A DNA stretch of 64,000 nucleotides from NCBI GenBank assembly GCA_030157685.1, contig JAOAUI010000361.1:13802-77801 (forward strand). The letters are read 5' to 3'. The notes under the pieces are model-generated. The model had not been told where the DNA came from. It saw only the letters and a program-made list of their open reading frames with translations, and did not search any database. This DNA is from Ferruginibacter sp. (GTDB lineage: Bacteria; Bacteroidota; Bacteroidia; Chitinophagales; Chitinophagaceae). A program made the position numbers and the translations under genes. Below are positions 38,953 to 48,122 of the stretch, piece after piece (positions within the stretch are counted from its first letter, which is position 1; each line of letters starts with the position of its first letter).

Positions 38953-40329
38953 ATGAAAAAGGTTTTTTTACTGATGGGTATTGTTGTTTTGTTTGTATCG
39001 GAAACAAAGGCACAAAAAACACTGCAGGGCTCAAAGCCATCCAAAGCCCCGTGTACAACACTTACAAGCAGCGCAATGCTGCCTGTAGCAATAGACACAA
39101 CTAAAGGAAGAAGCGTTGCAAATAACGATGTAGCATGGGAAAACGGCGATGTGATACTCGTAAAATTTATGGACAATGCTGGTAGCCAGCAGGTACGTGA
39201 TATGATCATGCGTTATGCAAAAACCTGGGAGCAATATGCCAATATCACATTTAAGTTTGTGCCCGATAATACACCCGTAACAAACATCAGGGTTAAGCTT
39301 GGCAGCAAGGAAGACAGGCTTGGCCATAACTCTCAACTAGGCATTCAGTGTAATGATATTCCTCAATATCAACAAACACTTAACCTGGATACTTCAGATT
39401 TTATAGATTATAAATCATACGTAGATCAGTATAAAAACGGAGGTCCATTTTTGCAATACCTGAAAAATAAAGGAACTGATTTTAAAAACTATACTTACAG
39501 GGATTTGTACAGAGATGTGATTGCTTTTAAAGATCCTAATGTAAAATGGAACTACAACTCCATGCAGGGTACAACCACACACGAGTTTGGCCATGCTTTA
39601 GGCTTGCTGCACGAGCAAAGCTATCCGAGGGGTATAAAGTGGAATAAGGATACGGTATATAAATATTATGCTAAATACCAGGGATGGGATAAACAGAAGG
39701 TAGATTATAATGTAATGGGAGCAAGCGATATTTTTTACACAAACGGAACCTCTTATGACCCACTTTCAATTATGCACTACCCTGTGGAAGCATGGCAAAC
39801 CGTTGATGGTTTTGTTGTAGGGTTGAACAACACCATGTCTGAGGGCGATAAAAAAATAATTGCAGCCCTGTATCCTAAAGATAAAAAAGTATCAACCCTG
39901 GCTGTTCCTAAAATTGAAATTACTAATATTGGTTATGGCGAAGTGAAGACAGATAATGTAAAGAAAGGTATCCTGATCTATCCATCATTTGATATAAAAA
40001 CAAGCGCCATTTTAGGAAATGTATATTTTGTAGCAAGGCTGACTACCGAGGACGGCCTGTATTATTTACCCACAACAAATGAAAATTACAGCTGGAACAA
40101 AATGGCGGCTACTTATGTTAAAATGAGATTGCTGCCAAGCTCTAAGGCAAGTTATAATAAGAACGGGCAAAAAAATCTTGAGCTGTTTTTCCCTTACAAG
40201 GAAATGCCCGATCTAGCTGGGAAAAAAGTAAAAATTCAGTTTTCGGTTTACCAGGATGACGTGGTAAACAACAGGTATCAAAAACTTACTTTTAATTTCC
40301 TTTCATCTCCGTTAACTATATCGAAATAA
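38953..40329 (+). CDS. Exported M12 (astacin-like) zinc metallopeptidase
   Basis: Signal peptide ...TKA|Q; HEFGHALGLLHE (HExxHxxGxxH) and Met-turn YDPLSIMHY. Confidence 0.88.
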   Translation: MKKVFLLMGIVVLFVSETKAQKTLQGSKPSKAPCTTLTSSAMLPVAIDTTKGRSVANNDVAWENGDVILVKFMDNAGSQQVRDMIMRYAKTWEQYANITFKFVPDNTPVTNIRVKLGSKEDRLGHNSQLGIQCNDIPQYQQTLNLDTSDFIDYKSYVDQYKNGGPFLQYLKNKGTDFKNYTYRDLYRDVIAFKDPNVKWNYNSMQGTTTHEFGHALGLLHEQSYPRGIKWNKDTVYKYYAKYQGWDKQKVDYNVMGASDIFYTNGTSYDPLSIMHYPVEAWQTVDGFVVGLNNTMSEGDKKIIAALYPKDKKVSTLAVPKIEITNIGYGEVKTDNVKKGILIYPSFDIKTSAILGNVYFVARLTTEDGLYYLPTTNENYSWNKMAATYVKMRLLPSSKASYNKNGQKNLELFFPYKEMPDLAGKKVKIQFSVYQDDVVNNRYQKLTFNFLSSPLTISK

Positions 40330-40347
40330 AAAAGTAAAAGTATTAAT

Positions 40348-40383
40348 AAAATCGGCCATCGTTAATTAATGATGGCCGATTTT
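40348..40383. terminator. Bidirectional intrinsic terminator
   Basis: AAAATCGGCCATC-GTTAATTAAT-GATGGCCGATTTT between convergent genes. Confidence 0.85.
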
Positions 40384-40405
40384 ATTTAAACTATAAATGC
40401 TTTTG

Positions 40406-42859
40406 TTATTTATTTGCAGCAATCACCATTCTTAATTCACCATAACTGATCTCTTTTGGTAAATTATCAATTAATGTTTTATGGCTGGCAACGCCATGTT
40501 TGGCGATAGCTTCAACTATTAATTTTTGCTTTTCTGTTGTAACTAATTCATTAATGTCAATTTCACCGGTACCTACAAAATGAGCCAGGTGCCCATCAAT
40601 GGTGCTGGTAGATAAATTCCTTTCTTTAGCAATTGAAGCAATATCATTTCCGGCTTTGTACAATTGGAAAGAGACAGTTTTTGTATCTGTTTTAGGTTCC
40701 GTGCTTTTTAACTTTTTTTCTTTTTTTGGATTACCGGACTTTGCATCCATATTGGTTTCCAGGCCATGTCTTTCACAAAAACTTTCAACCGCTTCCAAAA
40801 TTTCATCACCATATTTTTCTGCCTTGGCTTTACCAAAGCCGCTTATCTGCATTAGGTCTTTTTTAGTTAGCGGCAGGTATGTGGCAATTTCCTGTAAAGA
40901 AGTTTGGTTTGCCACCATGTAAATAGGCTGGTCATTTTCTTTACAAACCATGTTTCGCCAACGCTTTAATGTATCATACAGCTCAGCATTTGAAAGATCC
41001 GTAACAGATTCTTTCGTCTCCACCGCATAGCAGGTTAAACTAAACCTCGGTTGAACATATTTTAATTTATGCTGTAAAAAACCGGTTACGGAAAAAGGTT
41101 GTTTACAATATTGCATATAAAAATTACTGTTGTATAAAGCCAGCGCCAGTTCATTTAATTTTTCATTTATGGGTGTGGCAGCTTCCTTATGTTCTGTATT
41201 TATGGGATGCGTTTTTAATTCACGTATATAAGTTTCAAACTTTGGAATAAAATGATTGGCAGCATCTGAAATTCTTTTTTGAAGTGCTGCATTGTTTTCA
41301 ATTACCGCTTCTTCCTTCATTAAATAGGCAATATGCCCAATGAATTTTAAACCAACTTCTTTATCTGCTAAAATATGTTGTCTGAAATTCTCTACCCATG
41401 TTTTTGAACCGGCATTTAATTTATCCAGGTGCTGCTGTATTTGAAAAGCCAATTGTTCAATACCGGAAACGACTTCGCTAAAAGAAAAAATTTCCTCCAG
41501 CAATTGTTGTGTAAATAATTGCCGGGCTCCGGCAAAACGATCGGGTAATGAGCCTTTATATGAAAGTGATTGCTGACCCTTAATAACATTTTCATTACTG
41601 TGAATAGCCGAAGGCGCAATTTTACTAAGCAATACAATGCCAGCCAAACTGGTGCACCTGCTTAATGCCACATACACCTGCCCGCTGCTGAATGCTGCCC
41701 CGGCATCAATCATCACTTTTTCAAAAGTAAGGCCCTGGCTTTTGTGTATGGTGATGGCCCAGGCAAGGCGCAATGGATACTGCGTAAATGTTCCCAAAGT
41801 TTCCTGTTCCAGTTTACCATCTGCACGGCTTAGGGTGTAGCGGCTGTTCTCCCAGGTTTCTTTTCCAACCTCAATTTCGGTACCGTCGCAATTAACAATA
41901 ATTTTATCTTTTGTGAGCTCTTTAACCACACCAATCTTACCATTGTAATATCTTTTTTGAATGAGGTCATTTTTTAAGAACATTACCTGAGCCCCTTCCT
42001 TTAAACTCAGTTCAAAATCCACCGGGTACATATTTTCCGGAAAATCATCTTCAACCACAGCTTTATAATTAAAGCTTACGCCATTTAATTTGTATAATTC
42101 CTGTTCATTTATCTGGTCGGCCTGTTTGTTGTGAGAAGTTAGCGTAATATATTTTTCATCCCGGTCGGGCCTAAAAGTTGGGTCAAACCGCAAATGCAGA
42201 TCTTCAAAATCATCTGTATCCATATGATTATTACGCACCTTGTTTAAAAGCCTTACAAAACTGTCTTCTTTCTGTCTATAAATTTTATCGAGTTCAATCA
42301 ATAAGGGCAATTGTTCCTTTATGGCCATGCTGTCAAAAAAGAATGGCGACTCGTAATATTCATTTAAAATACTCCACTCCTGGTTTTGCGCTACTGGCGG
42401 CAACTGGTGCAGATCACCAATGCATAATAACTGTACACCACCGAAAGGCAGATGATAATTTCTTCTTGTGTGTCTTAAAATCGTATCAATAGCGTCCATC
42501 ACATCGCAACGCACCATACTTATCTCATCAATCACCAGCAATTCCATTTTGCGAAGCAACTGCTGCCGCTGCTTGTTCTGCCTGATCTTGGCTAACAGGT
42601 CTTCTTTATTATTTTTTGTGGGCAGAAAAGGATGAAAAGGTAGTTGAAACAAACTATGGAGTGTTACACCACCGGCATTAATAGCAGCCACGCCGGTTGG
42701 GGCTGCCACCACAATATTTTTGGTAGAATTTTCTTTCAGGTATTTTAGAAAAGTAGTTTTGCCGGTGCCGGCTTTACCGGTAAGAAAAATATTTTCGTTC
42801 GTTTCAGTTACAAAACGGTAGGCAAGTTCGAATATTTCGTTGCGTTCTATTGTTTGCAT
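40406..42859 (-). CDS. PIF1-like SF1B helicase with HRDC and C-terminal HTH
   Basis: GKAGTGKT, APTGVAA, IDEISM, GDLHQLPPV, ITIHKSQG, YVALSR; HRDC-like LYDTLKRWR; HTH-like IAKERNLSTSTIDGH. Confidence 0.9.
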   Translation of the reverse strand: MQTIERNEIFELAYRFVTETNENIFLTGKAGTGKTTFLKYLKENSTKNIVVAAPTGVAAINAGGVTLHSLFQLPFHPFLPTKNNKEDLLAKIRQNKQRQQLLRKMELLVIDEISMVRCDVMDAIDTILRHTRRNYHLPFGGVQLLCIGDLHQLPPVAQNQEWSILNEYYESPFFFDSMAIKEQLPLLIELDKIYRQKEDSFVRLLNKVRNNHMDTDDFEDLHLRFDPTFRPDRDEKYITLTSHNKQADQINEQELYKLNGVSFNYKAVVEDDFPENMYPVDFELSLKEGAQVMFLKNDLIQKRYYNGKIGVVKELTKDKIIVNCDGTEIEVGKETWENSRYTLSRADGKLEQETLGTFTQYPLRLAWAITIHKSQGLTFEKVMIDAGAAFSSGQVYVALSRCTSLAGIVLLSKIAPSAIHSNENVIKGQQSLSYKGSLPDRFAGARQLFTQQLLEEIFSFSEVVSGIEQLAFQIQQHLDKLNAGSKTWVENFRQHILADKEVGLKFIGHIAYLMKEEAVIENNAALQKRISDAANHFIPKFETYIRELKTHPINTEHKEAATPINEKLNELALALYNSNFYMQYCKQPFSVTGFLQHKLKYVQPRFSLTCYAVETKESVTDLSNAELYDTLKRWRNMVCKENDQPIYMVANQTSLQEIATYLPLTKKDLMQISGFGKAKAEKYGDEILEAVESFCERHGLETNMDAKSGNPKKEKKLKSTEPKTDTKTVSFQLYKAGNDIASIAKERNLSTSTIDGHLAHFVGTGEIDINELVTTEKQKLIVEAIAKHGVASHKTLIDNLPKEISYGELRMVIAANK

Positions 42860-42889
42860 TGCAATAAAGATAAGAGGAGATAATAAGAA

Positions 42890-42923
42890 AAGAACGCCGG
42901 CTTAAAAGTTAACCGGCGTTCTT
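42890..42923 (-). terminator. Terminator after ssb
   Basis: AAGAACGCCGG...CCGGCGTTCTT stem, T-rich tail on the minus strand. Confidence 0.8.
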
Positions 42924-42928
42924 AATAC

Positions 42929-43279
42929 TTAAGCAGAAATTTCTGCTTTGCTTCCCAACATCAAAATCTCAGTTACCTGCACCTCGGTTGAGTATTTTTT
43001 ATTGCCATCTTTATCGGTATAGCTATTGTTAATTAGCTTGCCTTCAATGGCAACTTCTTTTCCCTTGGTTAAATACTTTTCGGCAAGCTCTGCCACTTTA
43101 CCCCAGGCAACTAAATTGTGCCAGGTTGTTTCGGTTACTTTTTCTCCCTTGGCGTTGCGGTAGCTTTCGTTTGTAGCCACGCTGAAACGTGCTAATTTTT
43201 TACCGCTTTCGGTTGTTTTTACTTCTGGTGCGTTGCCCAGGTTACCAATCAGTTGAACTTTGTTTTTTAATGCGTACAT
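42929..43279 (-). CDS. ssb: Single-stranded DNA-binding protein, short form lacking the acidic tail
   Basis: NKVQLIGNLG, FSVATNE, TTWHNLVAWG, KGKEVAIEGKL; only 116 aa. Confidence 0.92.
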   Translation of the reverse strand: MYALKNKVQLIGNLGNAPEVKTTESGKKLARFSVATNESYRNAKGEKVTETTWHNLVAWGKVAELAEKYLTKGKEVAIEGKLINNSYTDKDGNKKYSTEVQVTEILMLGSKAEISA

Positions 43280-43515
43280 AGTTTTAAGTTTTGTGCGCCC
43301 CCATCTCCGCCTCGGCGGAGTGTTATAGGGAGAGCGGGTTTTTAATTTATTTCAATCAACCAGGTTTGACGTCATTTCCGATTGACAATGCAAAGATGGG
43401 GTTGCCCAAAAGCGATAGCCGGAGATTATCCCTTTACTTACCTGTATAAGCGTATGTAAACGGTTGTATCGGAAATGTTTTGTATATTTAATATATCAAA
43501 ACCCTTATCTGTACT

Positions 43516-43890
43516 ATGTTACAAGAAAAAGAAACCAAAGCCTGCCTGTTTTGCGAAAAGCCGGTAAAAGGCCGTAGCGACAAAAAATTTTGCGATGATT
43601 ATTGCCGGGCAGCCTATAATAACGAACTAAAAAGCGCTGCCAATAACTATATACGCAACGTAAATAACGCACTTAGTAAAAACCGCCGCATACTGGAAAG
43701 TCTGTTGCCAGAAGGTGAACCAACCGCCAAAGCCAGCCGGGATAAACTGATTGAAAAAGGATTTCAGTTTAAGTACCACACACATATATATACCACCAAA
43801 ACAGACAAGACTTATTTTTACTGTTATGAGTATGGATATTTACCGCTGGAGAATAACTGGTATTTAATTGTAAAGAAAAATGAAGAATGA
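43516..43890 (+). CDS. Zn-ribbon protein (DUF2116-like)
   Basis: CLFC...GRSDKKFCDDYCR, LSKNRRIL, FYCYEYGY. Confidence 0.8.
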   Translation: MLQEKETKACLFCEKPVKGRSDKKFCDDYCRAAYNNELKSAANNYIRNVNNALSKNRRILESLLPEGEPTAKASRDKLIEKGFQFKYHTHIYTTKTDKTYFYCYEYGYLPLENNWYLIVKKNEE

Positions 43891-43970
43891 CATGCCCCGG
43901 AAAATAATTTATTCATATTACACATCTGAGCTTATACCGGTATAATGAAGTAGTTTTACAGGCTTAATTA

Positions 43971-45926
43971 ATGAAGTTGCGATTGTTTTTAAATAGAATT
44001 ACAGGCGGTATAATAATTTTGGTATGTGCATGTTGCGTTTGGCAACAAACCAATGCACAATGCGCTACACCCATTAATATTTTTCCATACACCGAGGGTT
44101 TTGAAACAACCAACGGCGGCTTTACAACCGGCGGCACAGCCAGCGACTGGGCATGGGGCACACCATCCAAACCAGTTATTACCGGTGCAGCTACCGGCAC
44201 CAAATGCTGGATAGTTGGTGGCCTTGCAGGCAGCAGTTATAGCGATGGTGAAAGGTCCTGGCTGCAAAGCCCCTGTTTTGATTTTACAGGATTACAACAT
44301 CCATACATTTCATTTGCTGCTTTTTGGGAGATGGAACAACGTTTTGATGGCGCCGGTTTTCAATACTCAACCGATCTGGGCGCCAGCTGGACGAATGTGG
44401 GCTCTGTATCCGATCCGGTAAACTGCTTAAACAGCAATTGGTTTAATTTTTCGCCCATAACAAACATGAACGGCCTTACAACAATAAGAGATGGCTGGTC
44501 GGGCAATATACAACCAACTGCAGGTAGTTGCCTGGGCGGTAATGGCAGCGGTCGGTGGGTAAATGCACAACACACTATGCCGGCACTTGCGGGTGTGCCC
44601 AATGTAATTTTCAGGTTTATTTTTGGAGCAGGTACACAATGTAATGCCTATGATGGATTTGCTGTTGATGATATTATGATTGGCGAAGCGCCGCCAAACA
44701 ATGCATCATTTACGTACTCATGTGTAAACAGTACAACAATAGCATTCACTAATACATCTGTACTTTGCCCTGCATTTACCTGGGATTTTGGAGATCCTGC
44801 ATCGGGGCCCGTAAACAACTCATCTACCTTAACAAACCCAACACATACTTTTAGCGGACCAGGAACCTATACAATTAAATTAACAGCAACAGGTCCGGAT
44901 AATGCTCTTTCTGTATTTATATATCCGAACGATATAAACATACTTGGCGTAACAACAACCATAACAGGCACCAATAATTGCGCCGGCGATAACAACGGTT
45001 CTGCTATGGCTAATGTAATTCCGGCGGTAGCCGCACCATTTTTTTACAGCTGGAATACAACACCCCCGCAAATCACACAAACAGCAACCGGCCTTACCGG
45101 CGGAACTTATACCGTAACTGTTAACGCATTAAACAGTTGCCAAACCACCGCTACTGCAATTATAACAACACCGACTGCATTGGCACATACGGTAAATATT
45201 ATACACCCCGGCTGCGGAGTTTTAACCGGCACTGCAACCATTAACGAAACCGGTGGCACGGCACCATATACCTACGCATGGTCTCCATCGGGGGGTATTG
45301 GCCCAACTGCCAACGGACTTGCACCCGGCAATTATACCGTTACTGTTACCGACAGCAAAGCCTGTTTTGAAAATATTGATATTGTTATAGCCACAGCGGC
45401 TACGCCAACCATCAGCATCACCAATAAAAAAGATGCAGGTTGTTTTGGTGTAAACAATGGCAGCGCAACAGCCCTGGCAAGCGGCGGTAACCCGCCATTT
45501 TCCTATAGCTGGAATACGGTGCCGGTGCAGAACAGCGCAACGGCCATCAATCTTGCCGCAGGTATGTATACAGTTACGGCAACCGATAATACAGGTGGTT
45601 GTGTTGTATCAACATCGGTACAAATTACAGAACCCACCAGCGGCAGTTGCGGCGATGTGTTTTTCCCCAATGCATTTACGCCCAACGGCGATGCCACCAA
45701 CCCCGACTTTGGCGCCCTGGGCAATGTAGCCGCCATCAGCAATTATCTGTTGCATATTTACAACCGCTATGGCGAGTTGATTTTTTACACCCGCAACCCT
45801 TTTGCAAAATGGAACGGTTTGTACAAAGGCAAACAACTTAGCGGCAGTTATGTGTGGGTGGCCAGCTTTATGTATAAGGGTACTATTAAAAGAGAAGAGC
45901 GGGGATCGGTTATGATAATCAGGTAA
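43971..45926 (+). CDS. T9SS type B (gliding-motility-associated CTD) protein with PKD and SprB-like repeats
   Basis: Signal ...TNA|Q; WDFGDP (PKD); GGTAPYTYAW repeats; FPNAFTPNGD...IYNRYG...GSYVW. Confidence 0.88.
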   Translation: MKLRLFLNRITGGIIILVCACCVWQQTNAQCATPINIFPYTEGFETTNGGFTTGGTASDWAWGTPSKPVITGAATGTKCWIVGGLAGSSYSDGERSWLQSPCFDFTGLQHPYISFAAFWEMEQRFDGAGFQYSTDLGASWTNVGSVSDPVNCLNSNWFNFSPITNMNGLTTIRDGWSGNIQPTAGSCLGGNGSGRWVNAQHTMPALAGVPNVIFRFIFGAGTQCNAYDGFAVDDIMIGEAPPNNASFTYSCVNSTTIAFTNTSVLCPAFTWDFGDPASGPVNNSSTLTNPTHTFSGPGTYTIKLTATGPDNALSVFIYPNDINILGVTTTITGTNNCAGDNNGSAMANVIPAVAAPFFYSWNTTPPQITQTATGLTGGTYTVTVNALNSCQTTATAIITTPTALAHTVNIIHPGCGVLTGTATINETGGTAPYTYAWSPSGGIGPTANGLAPGNYTVTVTDSKACFENIDIVIATAATPTISITNKKDAGCFGVNNGSATALASGGNPPFSYSWNTVPVQNSATAINLAAGMYTVTATDNTGGCVVSTSVQITEPTSGSCGDVFFPNAFTPNGDATNPDFGALGNVAAISNYLLHIYNRYGELIFYTRNPFAKWNGLYKGKQLSGSYVWVASFMYKGTIKREERGSVMIIR

Positions 45927-45935
45927 TTTTATTAC

Positions 45936-46283
45936 CTACCCCAGCTTACCCATCAGCAAATTTTTATACAATTCATTTTCTTTTTTAAGGTCGATGATCT
46001 GCTGCTGCAGGTCCTGCTCCAGTGGTGTGCTGCTTTCCATCGGAAACTCCCGACTTAACCAGGCAAAAAAATCAAAGTTAAGCACCTGGCCCAGCTTCCA
46101 CATCAGCGCTGCATGCATAGATTGCTGCCTGATATACTGATTGGCGGCGGTGCCGTTTACATTCAACTGGCGGCAAAGCCAGGCATTGGAAAGCCTTTTT
46201 TCCTTTAATAACTGCTTTAGCTTAACCCCAACATGTGGCAAAGGCTTACCGGAAGTAATATACATTTTACGTAATTGGGGCAT
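45936..46283 (-). CDS. Cro/XRE-like HTH protein with C-terminal coiled coil
   Basis: HVGVKLKQLLKEKRLSNAWLCRQLNV...LNFDFF; LQQQIIDLKKENELYKNLL. Confidence 0.65.
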   Translation of the reverse strand: MPQLRKMYITSGKPLPHVGVKLKQLLKEKRLSNAWLCRQLNVNGTAANQYIRQQSMHAALMWKLGQVLNFDFFAWLSREFPMESSTPLEQDLQQQIIDLKKENELYKNLLMGKLG

Positions 46284-46294
46284 ATTTGAGGTTT

Positions 46295-46483
46295 TATACT
46301 GATAAATTTAGGCAAAAAATGTAAATCTTTACGTAATAAACCTAAATTTTTAGGCTTAAAACATAATAATTTATGCAGTAAACCTAATAAATATTGTTAT
46401 AAACGTAATAATTTACCTAATAAACCAAATAGTTTATATAATTAACGTAAAATATTAGGTAATAAACCTAAATATTGGGGCTA
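46295..46483. repeat. Array of nine degenerate 21-bp units with internal dyad ACNTAA-N4-TTANGY
   Basis: Units at 46295, 46316, 46337, 46358, 46379, 46400, 46421, 46442 and 46463, with no indels. Confidence 0.8.
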
Positions 46484-46647
46484 TTAAGTACTTCAGACTA
46501 AAACAATATTACTTTCAAACGTAGATATATTGAATATTAGTAGTTTGAAGGAAAAGGGTTGTGTATATTAGAGGTAATTTTCAAAGTCAAAAACTTTTGA
46601 TGTAATTCCTGGCTTCAACAACATTAGTTAACACCAAACTTTTTAAA

Positions 46648-47031
46648 ATGAGAAAAGCAATAAACTTTCTGTTATACCTGGCACTTATTTCCTTATACAG
46701 CTGTAGTGGTTCAGATACTTACAGGGGGCTTTGGAAAGCACTTGACGAAAGAGGAGAAAAATTTGAAATTAACTTCGATGCAAAAAGCTTCACCATAAAA
46801 GACAGCACCGGCAAGACAGACGGCTATCAATACAAACAGAATTCTGTCTCCATTAAAAATTCTACCGCAACCTATGGCATCCAGGTAAGTGATGGAAAAT
46901 CGTATCAAATTAATTTTCCTATTGCAAACGATGAAACCATGGGTGTTATTAAAGATGCTTCAGGCAGGCCTCTTTATATCATTGGCCGGTCAAGGTATGT
47001 ACAGTATGAAGAGATTTATGGGCTGAAATAA
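46648..47031 (+). CDS. Hypothetical lipoprotein
   Basis: Lipobox LYSC; beta-rich body with YRGLW; no family recognised. Confidence 0.7.
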   Translation: MRKAINFLLYLALISLYSCSGSDTYRGLWKALDERGEKFEINFDAKSFTIKDSTGKTDGYQYKQNSVSIKNSTATYGIQVSDGKSYQINFPIANDETMGVIKDASGRPLYIIGRSRYVQYEEIYGLK

Positions 47032-47068
47032 AACTTACTCCCTGGTTGGTGAGGGCACAGATCGATAT

Positions 47069-48049
47069 CTATACCGAAAGCCCCGCAGTATGGCTGCCTG
47101 TCAACATTCTAAAACCTTCAACTTCCGTTTTTGTTTCTTCCGGATAAATTGTTTCACCGGTTGACATATCATCTACCTCCAGTTCAATCCTCCTCGTAAT
47201 ATCACTTAAAGAAGAAAGGCGCTCCAGGGTATAAGGGATCGTATCGAGCCCCGAAGCAAATTTTAAAATATAACTGTAAATACCAAACAGGCTGCCGGCC
47301 ATAATGGTGGTGCTGTGCAGGTTTTTTGATGCAATTAATGAAACCGCAATTACCAGCAATACCATTATTTCCATAAAACCAAAGTTCCAGGCTTCTTTAT
47401 CTGAAATGCGTATCTGCCATTTGCGTAAATTATTATAGTGATGGCGTATGACGTGGTTGTTGCCGGTACTGATGATGTCTACCTGTTTTTCCAGCTCATC
47501 ATTTTTAAGTTTGTTAAGCCGCAACATTTTTTTACCGTACAACATGCTGATGATGATTACCGGAATGGTAATGCCCAGGCAAATAAGTACAACCGTTTTA
47601 TCGTAAAAGAAAAGTATGATAAGTGAACCGAGAATATTATAAGCAGCTTCAATTACATACACCAGATCGTGCTCTAAAAAATCTACAAACTCACGGGCCA
47701 GGTTGCTGTGGGCACTTAATTTAGATACATCGTTCTTTAAATAACGGCGGCTTAAAAATTTGGTAACTAACGATGTGTAAATGGCGGTATAGGTACGGGT
47801 ATCAAACATGTGGCGGATGGTACCAATTACGAGGTAAGCCAGGTGAACAAGGGTAAGTACGATCAGGCCATGGTAACTTCCTTTTATCAGGTCGTTAATG
47901 GCTTCGCCAAAAAAGTAAAAGCGCAATAATCCGCCCAGCATTTCCAGGGAGAATAAGGAGTATGTAAATATCAACTGATATTTATGCTTCATCATCAGGT
48001 TACGCAATATTTGAAACTTCGACATAGTTCTGTTCTTTTGATTCTGCAA
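47069..48049 (-). CDS. ABC transporter transmembrane-domain-only protein (ABC_membrane_3-like); start probably ATG 48025
   Basis: Multiple TM helices; GEAINDLI, RHMFDTRTYTAIY, LAREFVDFLE, ELEKQV, RISDKEA; no Walker motifs. Confidence 0.7.
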   Translation of the reverse strand: MQNQKNRTMSKFQILRNLMMKHKYQLIFTYSLFSLEMLGGLLRFYFFGEAINDLIKGSYHGLIVLTLVHLAYLVIGTIRHMFDTRTYTAIYTSLVTKFLSRRYLKNDVSKLSAHSNLAREFVDFLEHDLVYVIEAAYNILGSLIILFFYDKTVVLICLGITIPVIIISMLYGKKMLRLNKLKNDELEKQVDIISTGNNHVIRHHYNNLRKWQIRISDKEAWNFGFMEIMVLLVIAVSLIASKNLHSTTIMAGSLFGIYSYILKFASGLDTIPYTLERLSSLSDITRRIELEVDDMSTGETIYPEETKTEVEGFRMLTGSHTAGLSV

Positions 48050-48122
48050 TCATGGTTAATAAAACCCCGTAAAGGAGAGTAAGTAATGGGTGGTTAGTAA
48101 GACCGGGGAAATGCTGGTGAGT

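Noticed and set aside
46295-46483. 21-bp array as a CRISPR array
   Set aside because: Units are contiguous and degenerate with no spacers, and there are no cas genes
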